DNA from: Lachnospiraceae bacterium
GTDB lineage: Bacteria > Bacillota > Clostridia > Lachnospirales > Lachnospiraceae
Assembly: GCA_017617395.1 (NCBI GenBank)
Contig: JAFZWG010000028.1
Coordinates: 8,192-72,191, forward strand
Direction: 5' to 3'
DNA length: 64,000 nt
The first letter of the stretch is position 1. Each line of letters starts with the position of its first letter. Shown piece by piece: positions 24,555 through 33,697 of this stretch. The position numbers and the translations under genes were made by a program. The notes below the pieces were generated by a model that was not told the DNA's origin, searched no databases, and saw nothing but the letters and a program-made list of their open reading frames with translations.

Positions 24555-24590
24555 ATCATCGGGCGGAGTCACCTCTGCCCGATGATTTTT
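24555..24590 (+). terminator. intrinsic terminator after the serpin operon
   Basis: ATCATCGGGC / GCCCGATGAT 10-bp stem followed by TTTTT. Confidence 0.8.
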
Positions 24591-24661
24591 CTTGCAAAAT
24601 CGGGCCTGTTGTATTAGGATAGATACGTGAAACTGTCGGCAGATGGGGAGAGGATCCGAGG

Positions 24662-25516
24662 ATGCACAAAAAGCACTTTACAATTCGACACGGCGCCCTG
24701 ACCGGGCTGTTGTTTGCGGGCCTGCTCGTCCTTGCGGCATGCGGCAAAAAGACGGCGAACAACACGACTCCCGAGGACGTGCTCTCGCCCACACCGACCG
24801 TGACCGGAGTGGTCATCATCGACGAGGACGACGAGACGGAGCCGGCGCTTCGGCCGGAGGCGCAGGGGGTCTACCAGCTGCAGAAGCCGGCGCAGGGAGA
24901 GCTGTGCGCGGAGTTTACGTTCACCGGCTACGGTGTGATCTCGGTGCGGCTGTTCCCCGAGGAGGCACGCAAGGCGGTGGAGAACTTCAAGACGCTGGCC
25001 GGCAACGGATTTTACGACGGAATTAAAGTTAACCGCGTCATCGAGGACTACATCGTGCAGGCGGGCGACCGCGAGGGGCAGGGCTTAGGCGGTGAGAGCA
25101 TCTATGGCGGCGGATTTGCCGACGAGATCGCGGAGAACCTAAAGCCGATCCGCGGGGCTTTGTGCATGGCCAACCTCGGCACCGAGTCGACGAACACGAT
25201 CCAGTTCTTTTTCGTGCAGACGAAGGCGTCCGTGATCCGGGGACTGAGAGAGCCGCTTGACAACCGCTTCCACATCACCACGGAGCAGTACTTAAAGGAG
25301 GCGTACGGCACCGAGATGTCTGCGGAAGAGCTGTCATTTTACGAGCTCTACGGCGGCGCGCCGTGGCTTTACGGGCACAACACCGTCTTCGGGCAGATTT
25401 ACGACGGCTACGAGGTTTTGGATGCGTTGATGTCGGTGAAACTCACGTCGCGGCTTCGACCGAATCCGCCGGTGGTCATCGAGACGGTCCGGATCTTTCA
25501 TTACGGCGAGAAATAA
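24662..25516 (+). CDS. cyclophilin-type peptidyl-prolyl isomerase, lipoprotein
   Basis: 284-aa ORF with lipobox LAAC and a linker, then a cyclophilin core (NFKTLAGNGFYDG..VNRVIEDYIVQAGD...GALCMAN). Confidence 0.85.
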   Translation: MHKKHFTIRHGALTGLLFAGLLVLAACGKKTANNTTPEDVLSPTPTVTGVVIIDEDDETEPALRPEAQGVYQLQKPAQGELCAEFTFTGYGVISVRLFPEEARKAVENFKTLAGNGFYDGIKVNRVIEDYIVQAGDREGQGLGGESIYGGGFADEIAENLKPIRGALCMANLGTESTNTIQFFFVQTKASVIRGLREPLDNRFHITTEQYLKEAYGTEMSAEELSFYELYGGAPWLYGHNTVFGQIYDGYEVLDALMSVKLTSRLRPNPPVVIETVRIFHYGEK

Positions 25517-25616
25517 GAGCGATTCACAGAACGAACACGGTTCTTTGGTAGTGTAGAGAGGTAAGTTTTATGGGGTTATCGCGGCGGCGGCGCCGCGGAA
25601 TGTGAGGTGTAAGCAT

Positions 25617-26291
25617 ATGGATGAAGTAACGGTATTGGTAGTGGAAGACGAGGCGCGTATGCGCAAGCTGGTGTGCGACTTCCTGCAGAAGCAGGGGTAC
25701 CGCTACCTGGAGGCGGAGGACGGCGAGCAGGCGCTGGATATCTTCTTTGCGAAGAAGGAGATCGGGCTGGTGCTCCTCGATGTCATGATGCCGAAGATGG
25801 ACGGCTGGCAGGTGTGCAAGGAGATCCGGCAGTATTCGAAGGTGCCGATCATCATGCTCACGGCCCGCAGCGAGGAGAGAGACGAGCTCCTCGGGTTTAA
25901 GCTCGGGGTGGACGAATATATCAGCAAGCCCTTCAGCCCGAAGATTCTGATGGCGCGCATCGATGCGATTCTGCGCCGCGCGGGACAGGGCGAGGAGAGC
26001 CTTTCGGTCGGCGGCATCGTCATCGACAAGACGGCACACATCGTCTCCATCGACGGCAAGCCGATCGATCTGAGCGTGAAGGAATTCGAGCTGTTGAGCT
26101 TTTTTGCGGAGAACAAGGGCGTTGCCCTCTCCCGCGAGAAGATTCTCAACAACGTGTGGAACTATGACTATTACGGCGACGCGCGCACGATCGATACGCA
26201 CGTCAAGAAACTTCGCAGCAAGATGGGAGAAAAGGGTGAGTACATCCATACCATCTGGGGCATGGGTTATAAGTTTGAGCCGACGGAGTAA
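25617..26291 (+). CDS. OmpR-family response regulator
   Basis: The receiver domain has VLLDVMMPKMDG and the C-terminus is a winged helix (TIDTHVKKLRSK...GMGYKF). The ATG at 25617 follows SD GAGGTG. Confidence 0.9.
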   Translation: MDEVTVLVVEDEARMRKLVCDFLQKQGYRYLEAEDGEQALDIFFAKKEIGLVLLDVMMPKMDGWQVCKEIRQYSKVPIIMLTARSEERDELLGFKLGVDEYISKPFSPKILMARIDAILRRAGQGEESLSVGGIVIDKTAHIVSIDGKPIDLSVKEFELLSFFAENKGVALSREKILNNVWNYDYYGDARTIDTHVKKLRSKMGEKGEYIHTIWGMGYKFEPTE

Positions 26292-26293
26292 GT

Positions 26294-27847
26294 ATGAAGA
26301 AAGGTGTTTCGTTTCGCTTTAAGTTGCTGCTGGCGTTCACGGTTTTAATCGTTCTGTGCGTCGGCGGCACCTGGCTTTTGTTCCGCGTGTTTGTGGACCG
26401 CGTTTCTCTGAACCGGAAGGTGAAGAAGCTTGAGGAATGCTACGATTCCATCAATGCATTTTTCGGTGATTCGACCGCATTTTACGAGTTGGATGCGCAG
26501 CAGAGACTGGACTCGACCGTAGGTCGGCAGTACATGCTGTTCCTCTACAGCGGAAACCCGCGCGTGCGCTACAACAGCGGACCGGACGAGAGCGGAACGA
26601 GGTCGTGGTACATCGATGCCGGAATGGTGTACTCCGGAATCCGCAAAAATGCTGCGGGCGATCCGGAGGTTGTTGCCGAGCATGAGCTTTACAAGGTCTA
26701 CCGGATCACGATGGATGCGGACACCCTCGACGGAGCGGGGGTGTACGGAAGCAGCCAGCGGGAATATCTGGATGCCTACGGCAAATTAAAGAACGGATTT
26801 ACGATTCATATCCGCACGGATTTTCAGTCGTTTGTCAGCGACAACCGTGCGTTTACGGATATGCTGCTGCTGATCGGGACGGCCGTGTTTTTGTTGGCGG
26901 TCATTCTGGCGGTATTCTTCAGCCGCGGCGTCATGCGGCCGATCGTGCAGATGTCGGAGCATGCGGAGCGCATGGCCGAGATGGACTTCGAAGCGCGCTG
27001 TGAGGTCAAGGGAAGCGATGAGATCGGCGTGTTGTCGGCCTCCTTGAACCGGCTGTCGGCGCAGTTGAAGGAGACGGTCGGCGAGCTAAAGAATGCCAAC
27101 AGCGAGCTGCAGAGCGACCTCGAGCACCGCGAGGAGGTCGACGCGATGCGGTCCGAGTTTATCGCAAACGTCTCGCACGAGTTGAAGACCCCGATCGCGC
27201 TGATTCAGGGTTACGCCGAGGGCCTGACGGAGATTGCTTCCGACGACCCGGAGAGCCGCGCTTACTATTGCAGCGTCATCTCCGACGAGGCCGGCAAGAT
27301 GAACCGGATGGTGCAGAAGCTGATGACCCTCAATCAGATGGAATTTGGCGGCAACCAGGTCGAGTACGAGCGCTTTGATATCGTGAGCCTTCTTACGGGC
27401 GTGCTCAACCAGACCGAGGTGCTTCGCGAGCAGAAGGGCATCACGCTTCATTACCACGAGACCGATCCGGTCTATGTGTGGGCGGATGAATACATGGTCG
27501 AGGAGGTTGTGACGAACTACGTCAGCAACGCCATCAACCATGCGTCCAAATCAAAGGAGATCGCCGTGTCCTTAAGCGAGGAGAGCGGCGCGGTGCGCGT
27601 CTCGGTGTACAACACCGGCGAGCTGATTCCGGAGGACGAGCTGGAGCGCATCTGGATCAAGTTTTACAAGGTGGACAAGGCCAGAAGCCGCGAGTACGGC
27701 GGCAGCGGCATAGGGCTTTCGATCGTCAAGGCGATCATGGAGCGCCACCATCAAAAATACGGAGTCATCAACCATGAGAACGGTGTCGAATTCTGGTTCG
27801 AGTTAGAGCCGGCTTCGCCCGCAGGTGTTGAGTCGGAGGAGTTATGA
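26294..27847 (+). CDS. sensor histidine kinase
   Basis: Two TM segments flank an extracytoplasmic domain of about 150 aa. It has a HAMP domain, H-box SHELKTPI, N-box NAINH and G-box GSGIGLSIV. Confidence 0.9.
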   Translation: MKKGVSFRFKLLLAFTVLIVLCVGGTWLLFRVFVDRVSLNRKVKKLEECYDSINAFFGDSTAFYELDAQQRLDSTVGRQYMLFLYSGNPRVRYNSGPDESGTRSWYIDAGMVYSGIRKNAAGDPEVVAEHELYKVYRITMDADTLDGAGVYGSSQREYLDAYGKLKNGFTIHIRTDFQSFVSDNRAFTDMLLLIGTAVFLLAVILAVFFSRGVMRPIVQMSEHAERMAEMDFEARCEVKGSDEIGVLSASLNRLSAQLKETVGELKNANSELQSDLEHREEVDAMRSEFIANVSHELKTPIALIQGYAEGLTEIASDDPESRAYYCSVISDEAGKMNRMVQKLMTLNQMEFGGNQVEYERFDIVSLLTGVLNQTEVLREQKGITLHYHETDPVYVWADEYMVEEVVTNYVSNAINHASKSKEIAVSLSEESGAVRVSVYNTGELIPEDELERIWIKFYKVDKARSREYGGSGIGLSIVKAIMERHHQKYGVINHENGVEFWFELEPASPAGVESEEL

Positions 27848-28449
27848 TAGCGATTGTCGATTACGATGCAGGCAATATCCGCAGTGTGGAAAATGCTCTG
27901 AATTCGTTGGGCCTTGAGAACGTCGTCACGGACGATGCTGCGTTGATCCGCGGTGCGGACCGGGTGATCCTGCCCGGCGTCGGAGCATTCGGCGATGCGA
28001 TGAAGAAGCTTTTGGACCGCGGACTTACGGACGTGATCCGCGAGGTTGCGGCGACAAAGCCGTTCCTGGGAATCTGCCTCGGTCTGCAGCTGCTCTTTGA
28101 GGAGAGCGAGGAGGCGCCGGGCGTCGAGGGACTCGGGATTTTGCCCGGCAAGATCGTGCGCATCCCCGAGGGCGGCGGACGGAAGATCCCGCACATCGGC
28201 TGGAACGATCTGAGCATGCCGAAGGAGAGTCCGCTGTTTGCGGGCGTTCCCGCAGGAAGTTACGTGTATTTTGTGCATTCATACTACCTGCAGGCCGGAG
28301 AGATTTCGGATGTGGCGGCGACGACCGAGTACGGCGTCACGATTCATGCGGCGGTGCAGAGAGGCAGTCTGTGCGCATGCCAGTTCCACCCCGAGAAGAG
28401 CGGCGACGTGGGCATGAAGATTTTGATGAATTTTGCGGGCATTCAGTAA
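27844..28449 (+). CDS. hisH: imidazole glycerol phosphate synthase, glutamine amidotransferase subunit
   Basis: 201-aa ORF starting [11 protein letters not shown], with GICLGLQ (catalytic Cys) and CQFHPEKS. Its ATG overlaps the kinase stop (ATGA). Confidence 0.9.
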   Translation: MIAIVDYDAGNIRSVENALNSLGLENVVTDDAALIRGADRVILPGVGAFGDAMKKLLDRGLTDVIREVAATKPFLGICLGLQLLFEESEEAPGVEGLGILPGKIVRIPEGGGRKIPHIGWNDLSMPKESPLFAGVPAGSYVYFVHSYYLQAGEISDVAATTEYGVTIHAAVQRGSLCACQFHPEKSGDVGMKILMNFAGIQ

Positions 28450-28483
28450 GCCCCGAACAAATCCAAGACGACGGAGTACGGCG

Positions 28484-29245
28484 ATGTTTACGAAGAGAAT
28501 CATTCCCTGCCTCGATGTTCACAACGGACGCGTGGTGAAGGGTATCAATTTTGTCAATCTGCGCGATGCGGGCGATCCGGTGGAGGTCGGCAAGGCCTAC
28601 GGAAAGGCCGGCGCGGATGAGCTTGTATTTTTGGACATCACGGCGTCCTCGGACGCGCGGACCATCAAAAAGGAGATGGTGCGCCGCGTCGCGGAGCAGG
28701 TGTTCATCCCGTTCACGGTCGGCGGCGGAATCCGCACGGTCGATGATTTCCGCATGATTCTTCGCGAGGGCGCGGACAAGGTGGCGGTCAACTCGGCGGC
28801 CATCATGAACCCGACGCTGATCAGCGAGGCGGCCGACAAATTCGGCAGCCAGTGCGTGGTCGTCGCCATCGACGCGAAGCGCATGCCGGACGGAACATGG
28901 CACATCTTTAAAAACGGGGGTCGCGTCGATATGGGGATCGACGCGGTCTGGTGGGCCGGCCGGGCACAGGAGCTCGGCGCCGGCGAGATTTTGCTGACGA
29001 GTATGGACTGTGACGGAACGAAGGACGGCTACGACCTCGCGCTTACGCGCGCCGTGGCGGACCGCGTTTCGATTCCGGTGATCGCCTCGGGAGGCGCGGG
29101 AACGTGCGAGCATTTTTACGAGGCGCTGACCGAGGGCGGTGCGGACGCAGCTCTTGCGGCCACGCTGTTCCACTATAAGGAGCTGGAGATCTCCGAGGTG
29201 AAACGGTACTTAAGAGAGCGCGGAGTGAGTGTCCGGGAGGTGTGA
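28484..29245 (+). CDS. hisF: imidazole glycerol phosphate synthase, cyclase subunit
   Basis: [12 protein letters not shown]...TVGGGIR...VIASGGAG is the classic HisF pattern. The start was chosen at the ATG at 28484 inside ORF 28433-29245. Confidence 0.95.
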   Translation: MFTKRIIPCLDVHNGRVVKGINFVNLRDAGDPVEVGKAYGKAGADELVFLDITASSDARTIKKEMVRRVAEQVFIPFTVGGGIRTVDDFRMILREGADKVAVNSAAIMNPTLISEAADKFGSQCVVVAIDAKRMPDGTWHIFKNGGRVDMGIDAVWWAGRAQELGAGEILLTSMDCDGTKDGYDLALTRAVADRVSIPVIASGGAGTCEHFYEALTEGGADAALAATLFHYKELEISEVKRYLRERGVSVREV

Positions 29246-29246
29246 G

Positions 29247-29921
29247 ATGGCAGTCATTGCGGAAGACTGGGGAGCATTTTTCAAGGGTGAGTTCGGAAAG
29301 CCGTACTACCGCTCGCTCAGCGATTTCGTGCGTGACGAGTATGCCCGCGGCAACGTGTATCCGCCGAGAGAGCAGATCTTTGAGGCGTTTCGCTTCACAA
29401 AGAGAAGCGATGTGAAGGTGGTCATCCTGGGTCAGGATCCCTACCACGAGGTGAACCAGGCGCACGGGCTGTGCTTTTCGGTCTGCCCGGGAACGGAGAT
29501 TCCGCCTTCGCTTGAAAACATTTACAAGGAGCTGCAGACGGACCTCGGCTGTTACATCCCGAACAACGGTTATCTGGTCAAATGGGCGAAGCAGGGCGTG
29601 CTTTTGTTAAACACCGTGCTCACGGTGCGGGCGCACAGCGCGAACTCGCATCACGACCGGGGCTGGGAGACATTTACCGACGCGGTGATCTTGGAGATCA
29701 ACAAGGAGGACCGTCCGGTTGTCTTTCTGCTGTGGGGGCGCCCCGCGCAGAGCAAGATTCCGATGCTTACGAACAAAAAGCATCTGGTGCTGACGGCGCC
29801 GCATCCGAGCCCGCTGTCCGCGTACCGCGGCTTCTTCGGCTGCCGGCATTTCAGCAAGGCAAATGAGTTTTTAACGGCGCATGGGGTTTCGCCGATCGAT
29901 TGGCAGATCGAGAATATTTGA
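29247..29921 (+). CDS. ung: uracil-DNA glycosylase
   Basis: GQDPYH, the LLLNTVLTV region and the HPSPLS motif. The ATG at 29247 lies 1 nt after the hisF stop. Confidence 0.95.
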   Translation: MAVIAEDWGAFFKGEFGKPYYRSLSDFVRDEYARGNVYPPREQIFEAFRFTKRSDVKVVILGQDPYHEVNQAHGLCFSVCPGTEIPPSLENIYKELQTDLGCYIPNNGYLVKWAKQGVLLLNTVLTVRAHSANSHHDRGWETFTDAVILEINKEDRPVVFLLWGRPAQSKIPMLTNKKHLVLTAPHPSPLSAYRGFFGCRHFSKANEFLTAHGVSPIDWQIENI

Positions 29922-29939
29922 TTCGGAGGAGGTTGGCTT

Positions 29940-30800
29940 ATGGCAGTGTATCAATCCGACATTTCGTATGAGGAGTTTCATCCCACCGTACTGTACTGCA
30001 GCCGCGTGCGTGACGCGCGCTTAACGTACTATCATTCGCACTCCATCCTGGAGATTGCCTACATCCTGTCCGGCAAGGGGCAGTACCTGATCGACGGCGT
30101 CACATACGACGTCAAGCAGGGCGATCTTCTGGTGTGCAATCCCGGCGTGATGCATCAGAGCATCATCACGAACCCTTCCGACCCGACGCTCGAGTTCGTT
30201 GCGGGTATCTCGGACCTTCATTTTCTGAACATGGAGCCGAATGCGCTGAAGCTGCCGAACGGCTGCCCGGTCATCAGCTTAAGCAACGAAGTGAAGCGTG
30301 AGATCAGCCGCTGCTGCTACGAGATCATCGACGAGAACATGACCACGCAGCCCGGCCGGTACTACCTCGTGCAGGCACAGATGATCAAGATCCTGATCCT
30401 TCTGTACCGCTCGATCACCGAGAAGCCGAAGGAAGAGGTTGTCGGCGTGCCGTTTGAGAGCTACTCGAAGAGCTACGTCGTGCAGCGTATCATCCAGTAC
30501 CTTAAGGCCAACTATTCCCAGCATATTTCCCTCGACGGAATCGCACAGAACATGTACTTAAGCCCCGTGTATATCTCCAAGATCTTCAAGGAGAAGACGG
30601 GCGATTCGCCGATCAACTACCTCATCCAGATCCGTCTCGGAAAGGCGAAGGAGATGCTTGAGGAGAACCGCGGCAGCATCCGCACGATTGCCGCGCAGGT
30701 CGGCTACGACGATGTCTATCATTTCAGCAAACTGTTTAAAAAATACTACGGCGTCTCGCCGCTGTATTACCGCAAGTCGGTGGTTGAGGAGGAAGGATGA
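29940..30800 (+). CDS. AraC family transcriptional regulator
   Basis: N-terminal cupin-like domain and a C-terminal double HTH (ISLDGIAQNMYLSPVYISKIFK...AAQVGYDDVYHFSKLFKKYYG). Confidence 0.85.
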   Translation: MAVYQSDISYEEFHPTVLYCSRVRDARLTYYHSHSILEIAYILSGKGQYLIDGVTYDVKQGDLLVCNPGVMHQSIITNPSDPTLEFVAGISDLHFLNMEPNALKLPNGCPVISLSNEVKREISRCCYEIIDENMTTQPGRYYLVQAQMIKILILLYRSITEKPKEEVVGVPFESYSKSYVVQRIIQYLKANYSQHISLDGIAQNMYLSPVYISKIFKEKTGDSPINYLIQIRLGKAKEMLEENRGSIRTIAAQVGYDDVYHFSKLFKKYYGVSPLYYRKSVVEEEG

Positions 30801-31534
30801 ATCCGCTGATTACACAGTTAAAGACGGTTCTTGAGAGAAGCAACCGCATCGTCTTCTTCGGCGGCGCGGGGGTTTCGACGGCCAGCAACATTCCGGATTT
30901 CCGGAGCGCGACGGGTCTGTTCAATCAAAAGTACCACCGGACCCTTTCGCCGGAGGAGATGGTTTCACGCTCCTTCTACGAGCAGGATCCGGAGGATTTC
31001 TTTGCATTTTACCGCGACAAATTAGTTTACCCCGAAGCGCAGCCGAACGACTGTCACAAGGCGCTGGCGAAGCTTGAGAAGATGGGGAAATTGAAAGCGG
31101 TTGTCACGCAGAACATCGACGGCCTGCATCAGAAGGCGGGCTCCGAGACCGTGTACGAGCTTCACGGGTCGGTGCTTCGCAACTACTGCGAGCGGTGCCA
31201 TCGGTTCTACGGCGTTGAAGCAATCCTGGAGACGAGCGGCGTGCCGCGCTGCGAGTGCGGCGGCATCATCAAGCCGGACGTTGTCCTCTACGAGGAGAGC
31301 CTTGACGACACGGTGATCTCGAAGTCGGTTGCGGCGATTGCCTCCGCGGACACGCTGATCATCGGTGGTACATCTTTGGTGGTTTACCCGGCGGCCGGGC
31401 TGATCCACTATTTCCACGGCAGAGATCTTGTCCTGATCAACAAGAGCGTCACCTCCGCAGACAGCGAGGCGACACTGGTGATTCACGACGACATCGCGAC
31501 CGTGATGCGCGAGGCCGTGGACGCGCTTGAGTAA
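30797..31534 (+). CDS. cobB: NAD-dependent protein deacylase (Sir2 family)
   Basis: GAGVSTASNIPDFR, QNIDGLH, ELHGS and a CxxC...CxC zinc ribbon. It overlaps the araC-type gene by 4 nt. Confidence 0.9.
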   Translation: MNPLITQLKTVLERSNRIVFFGGAGVSTASNIPDFRSATGLFNQKYHRTLSPEEMVSRSFYEQDPEDFFAFYRDKLVYPEAQPNDCHKALAKLEKMGKLKAVVTQNIDGLHQKAGSETVYELHGSVLRNYCERCHRFYGVEAILETSGVPRCECGGIIKPDVVLYEESLDDTVISKSVAAIASADTLIIGGTSLVVYPAAGLIHYFHGRDLVLINKSVTSADSEATLVIHDDIATVMREAVDALE

Positions 31535-31606
31535 CGCGCCCGGGCAGGCTGCATTTTGTGCGGTCTGAGAGGAAATATCGAGAAATGAAACAAGGGGAGG
31601 TTACGG

Positions 31607-33640
31607 TTGAATACTTCGAACAACGGAAACAACGGAAAGAAAGATGACGGAAACAAGAACAAGGGATTTGTCACAAGGATTATCCTGACGGTCGTATTGT
31701 TCTTCATTTTCGTCATCAGCTACATGTTTATCTCTGCGGAGCTGGACAAGATACGGAATCGCGAGATTTCGTATGATGAGTTTTTGAAAATGCTGGAGGA
31801 CAACACCATCGAGAAGGTGGTGATCGAGGCGGATTACGACAAGATCGTGATCTACCCGAGGGAAGGCACTGCCAAGGATGCCGGCGTGGAGACGTATTAC
31901 ACCGGTATCATCGAGAGCGACACCGAGCTCATTAACCGGCTGGAGGCAGCGAAAGCGCGGCAGGCCGAGAAAGGCGTTAAGGAGCTTGAGTACAAGCGCC
32001 TGATCGTGGACAAGCGAACCACGATCCTGGACGTGCTGCTCGCCTATGTACTGCCGTTTGCGTTCATTTATCTGATGCTTTGGGGCGCGTACCGCATGCT
32101 CACCAAAAACGGCGGCATCGGCGGCTTGGGCGCCGGCAAATCCACCGCAAAAATGTACGTGGAGAAGGAGACCGGCGTGACCTTCAAGGATGTGGCCGGC
32201 CAGGAGGAGGCGAAGGAGTCCGTTCTGGAGCTCGTCGACTTCCTGCATGATCCGTCCAAATACACGCGCATCGGCGCGAAGCTTCCGAAGGGAGCCCTTC
32301 TGGTAGGCCCTCCCGGAACCGGTAAGACACTGCTCGCGAAGGCGGTCGCAGGTGAGGCGAAGGTTCCGTTCTTCTCGCTGTCCGGTTCGGACTTCGTGGA
32401 GATGTATGTCGGTGTCGGAGCATCGCGTGTGCGCGATCTGTTCCGCCAAGCGCAGCAGATGGCGCCGTGCATCGTCTTCATCGACGAGATCGATGCGATC
32501 GGCAAGAGCCGCGACAGCCGGTACGGCGGCGGCAACGACGAGCGCGAGCAGACACTCAATCAGCTCCTCTCGGAGATGGACGGTTTCGATACTTCCAAGG
32601 GTATCGTCATCCTGGCGGCGACGAACCGCCCGGAGATTCTGGATAAGGCATTGCTTCGTCCGGGTCGTTTCGACCGCCGGATTATCGTGGACAAGCCCGA
32701 TTTGAAGGGTCGTCTGGCGACTCTGAAGGTTCACGCGAAGAACGTGCTCATGCACGACTCCGTAAACCTCGAGGAGATCGCGCTTGCGACGAGCGGCGCG
32801 GTCGGTTCGGACCTGGCCAATATCATCAACGAGGCCGCAATTCTGGCGGTCAAGGAAGGCCGTACGGTCGTGACGCAGTCCGACCTGATGGAGTCCGTGG
32901 AGGTCGTCTTCGCCGGCAAGGAGAAGAAGGACCGCATCTTAGGACCCGAGGAGAAGCGGATCGTTGCGTTCCACGAGGTCGGACACGCGTTGGTGGCGGC
33001 GTTGCAAAAGAACGCCGAGCCGGTGCAGAAGATCACGATCGTGCCCAGAACCATGGGCGCTCTCGGCTACACGATGCAGCTGCCCGAGGAAGAAAAATAT
33101 TTAAGCTCGAAGGACGAGATTCTTACCAATATCCGCATTCTGTGCGGCGGCCGTGCCGCGGAGGCGGTGGAGTTTGAGTCCGTCACGACCGGAGCAAGCA
33201 ACGACATCGAGCGCGCGACATCGCTGGCGCGTCAGATGATCACGCTCTACGGCATGTCCGATCGCTTCGGAATGGTTGCTCTGGAGACCGTCGAGAGCAA
33301 GTACCTCGAGGGCCGCACAGCGCTTATGTGCAGCGACGCGACGGCCACGGCGATCGACGAGGAGGTTCGCAACACCATCGGAACGTGCTACGCCGATGCG
33401 GAGCGCATGCTTCGCGAGAACCTCGATGTGCTGCGTGAGGCGGCAGAGTTCCTGATTACGAAGGAGACGATTACCGGAAAGCAGTTTATGGAGATTTTCC
33501 GACGTGTACGCGGCGAAGAGCCTGCGGAAGCGGCGGTGGTGGAGTCCATCGACCTCGAGGCGGGCATTGCCGCCGAGGGCGAGACGAGCGTTGCCACCGA
33601 GGGTGAGACGGACGAGCCGGAGAACAGAGAAGAGAACTAG
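31607..33640 (+). CDS. ftsH: ATP-dependent zinc metalloprotease FtsH
   Basis: TTG start after SD AAGGGGAGG. It has two TM segments, an AAA module ([13 protein letters not shown]) and the zinc motif HEVGHA. Confidence 0.95.
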   Translation: MNTSNNGNNGKKDDGNKNKGFVTRIILTVVLFFIFVISYMFISAELDKIRNREISYDEFLKMLEDNTIEKVVIEADYDKIVIYPREGTAKDAGVETYYTGIIESDTELINRLEAAKARQAEKGVKELEYKRLIVDKRTTILDVLLAYVLPFAFIYLMLWGAYRMLTKNGGIGGLGAGKSTAKMYVEKETGVTFKDVAGQEEAKESVLELVDFLHDPSKYTRIGAKLPKGALLVGPPGTGKTLLAKAVAGEAKVPFFSLSGSDFVEMYVGVGASRVRDLFRQAQQMAPCIVFIDEIDAIGKSRDSRYGGGNDEREQTLNQLLSEMDGFDTSKGIVILAATNRPEILDKALLRPGRFDRRIIVDKPDLKGRLATLKVHAKNVLMHDSVNLEEIALATSGAVGSDLANIINEAAILAVKEGRTVVTQSDLMESVEVVFAGKEKKDRILGPEEKRIVAFHEVGHALVAALQKNAEPVQKITIVPRTMGALGYTMQLPEEEKYLSSKDEILTNIRILCGGRAAEAVEFESVTTGASNDIERATSLARQMITLYGMSDRFGMVALETVESKYLEGRTALMCSDATATAIDEEVRNTIGTCYADAERMLRENLDVLREAAEFLITKETITGKQFMEIFRRVRGEEPAEAAVVESIDLEAGIAAEGETSVATEGETDEPENREEN

Positions 33641-33697
33641 AATCGACACTTGATAAGCGCGTAAAGAGAGTTTTTGAAGGCCTTGCGGGGGCCCTGT

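Noticed and set aside
30797-31534. A SIR2-domain protein as a possible anti-phage defence component.
   Set aside because: It is a compact 245-aa CobB-type deacylase with a zinc ribbon and canonical motifs. It has no fused effector or partner genes such as ThsB, HerA or a DSR-type extension.
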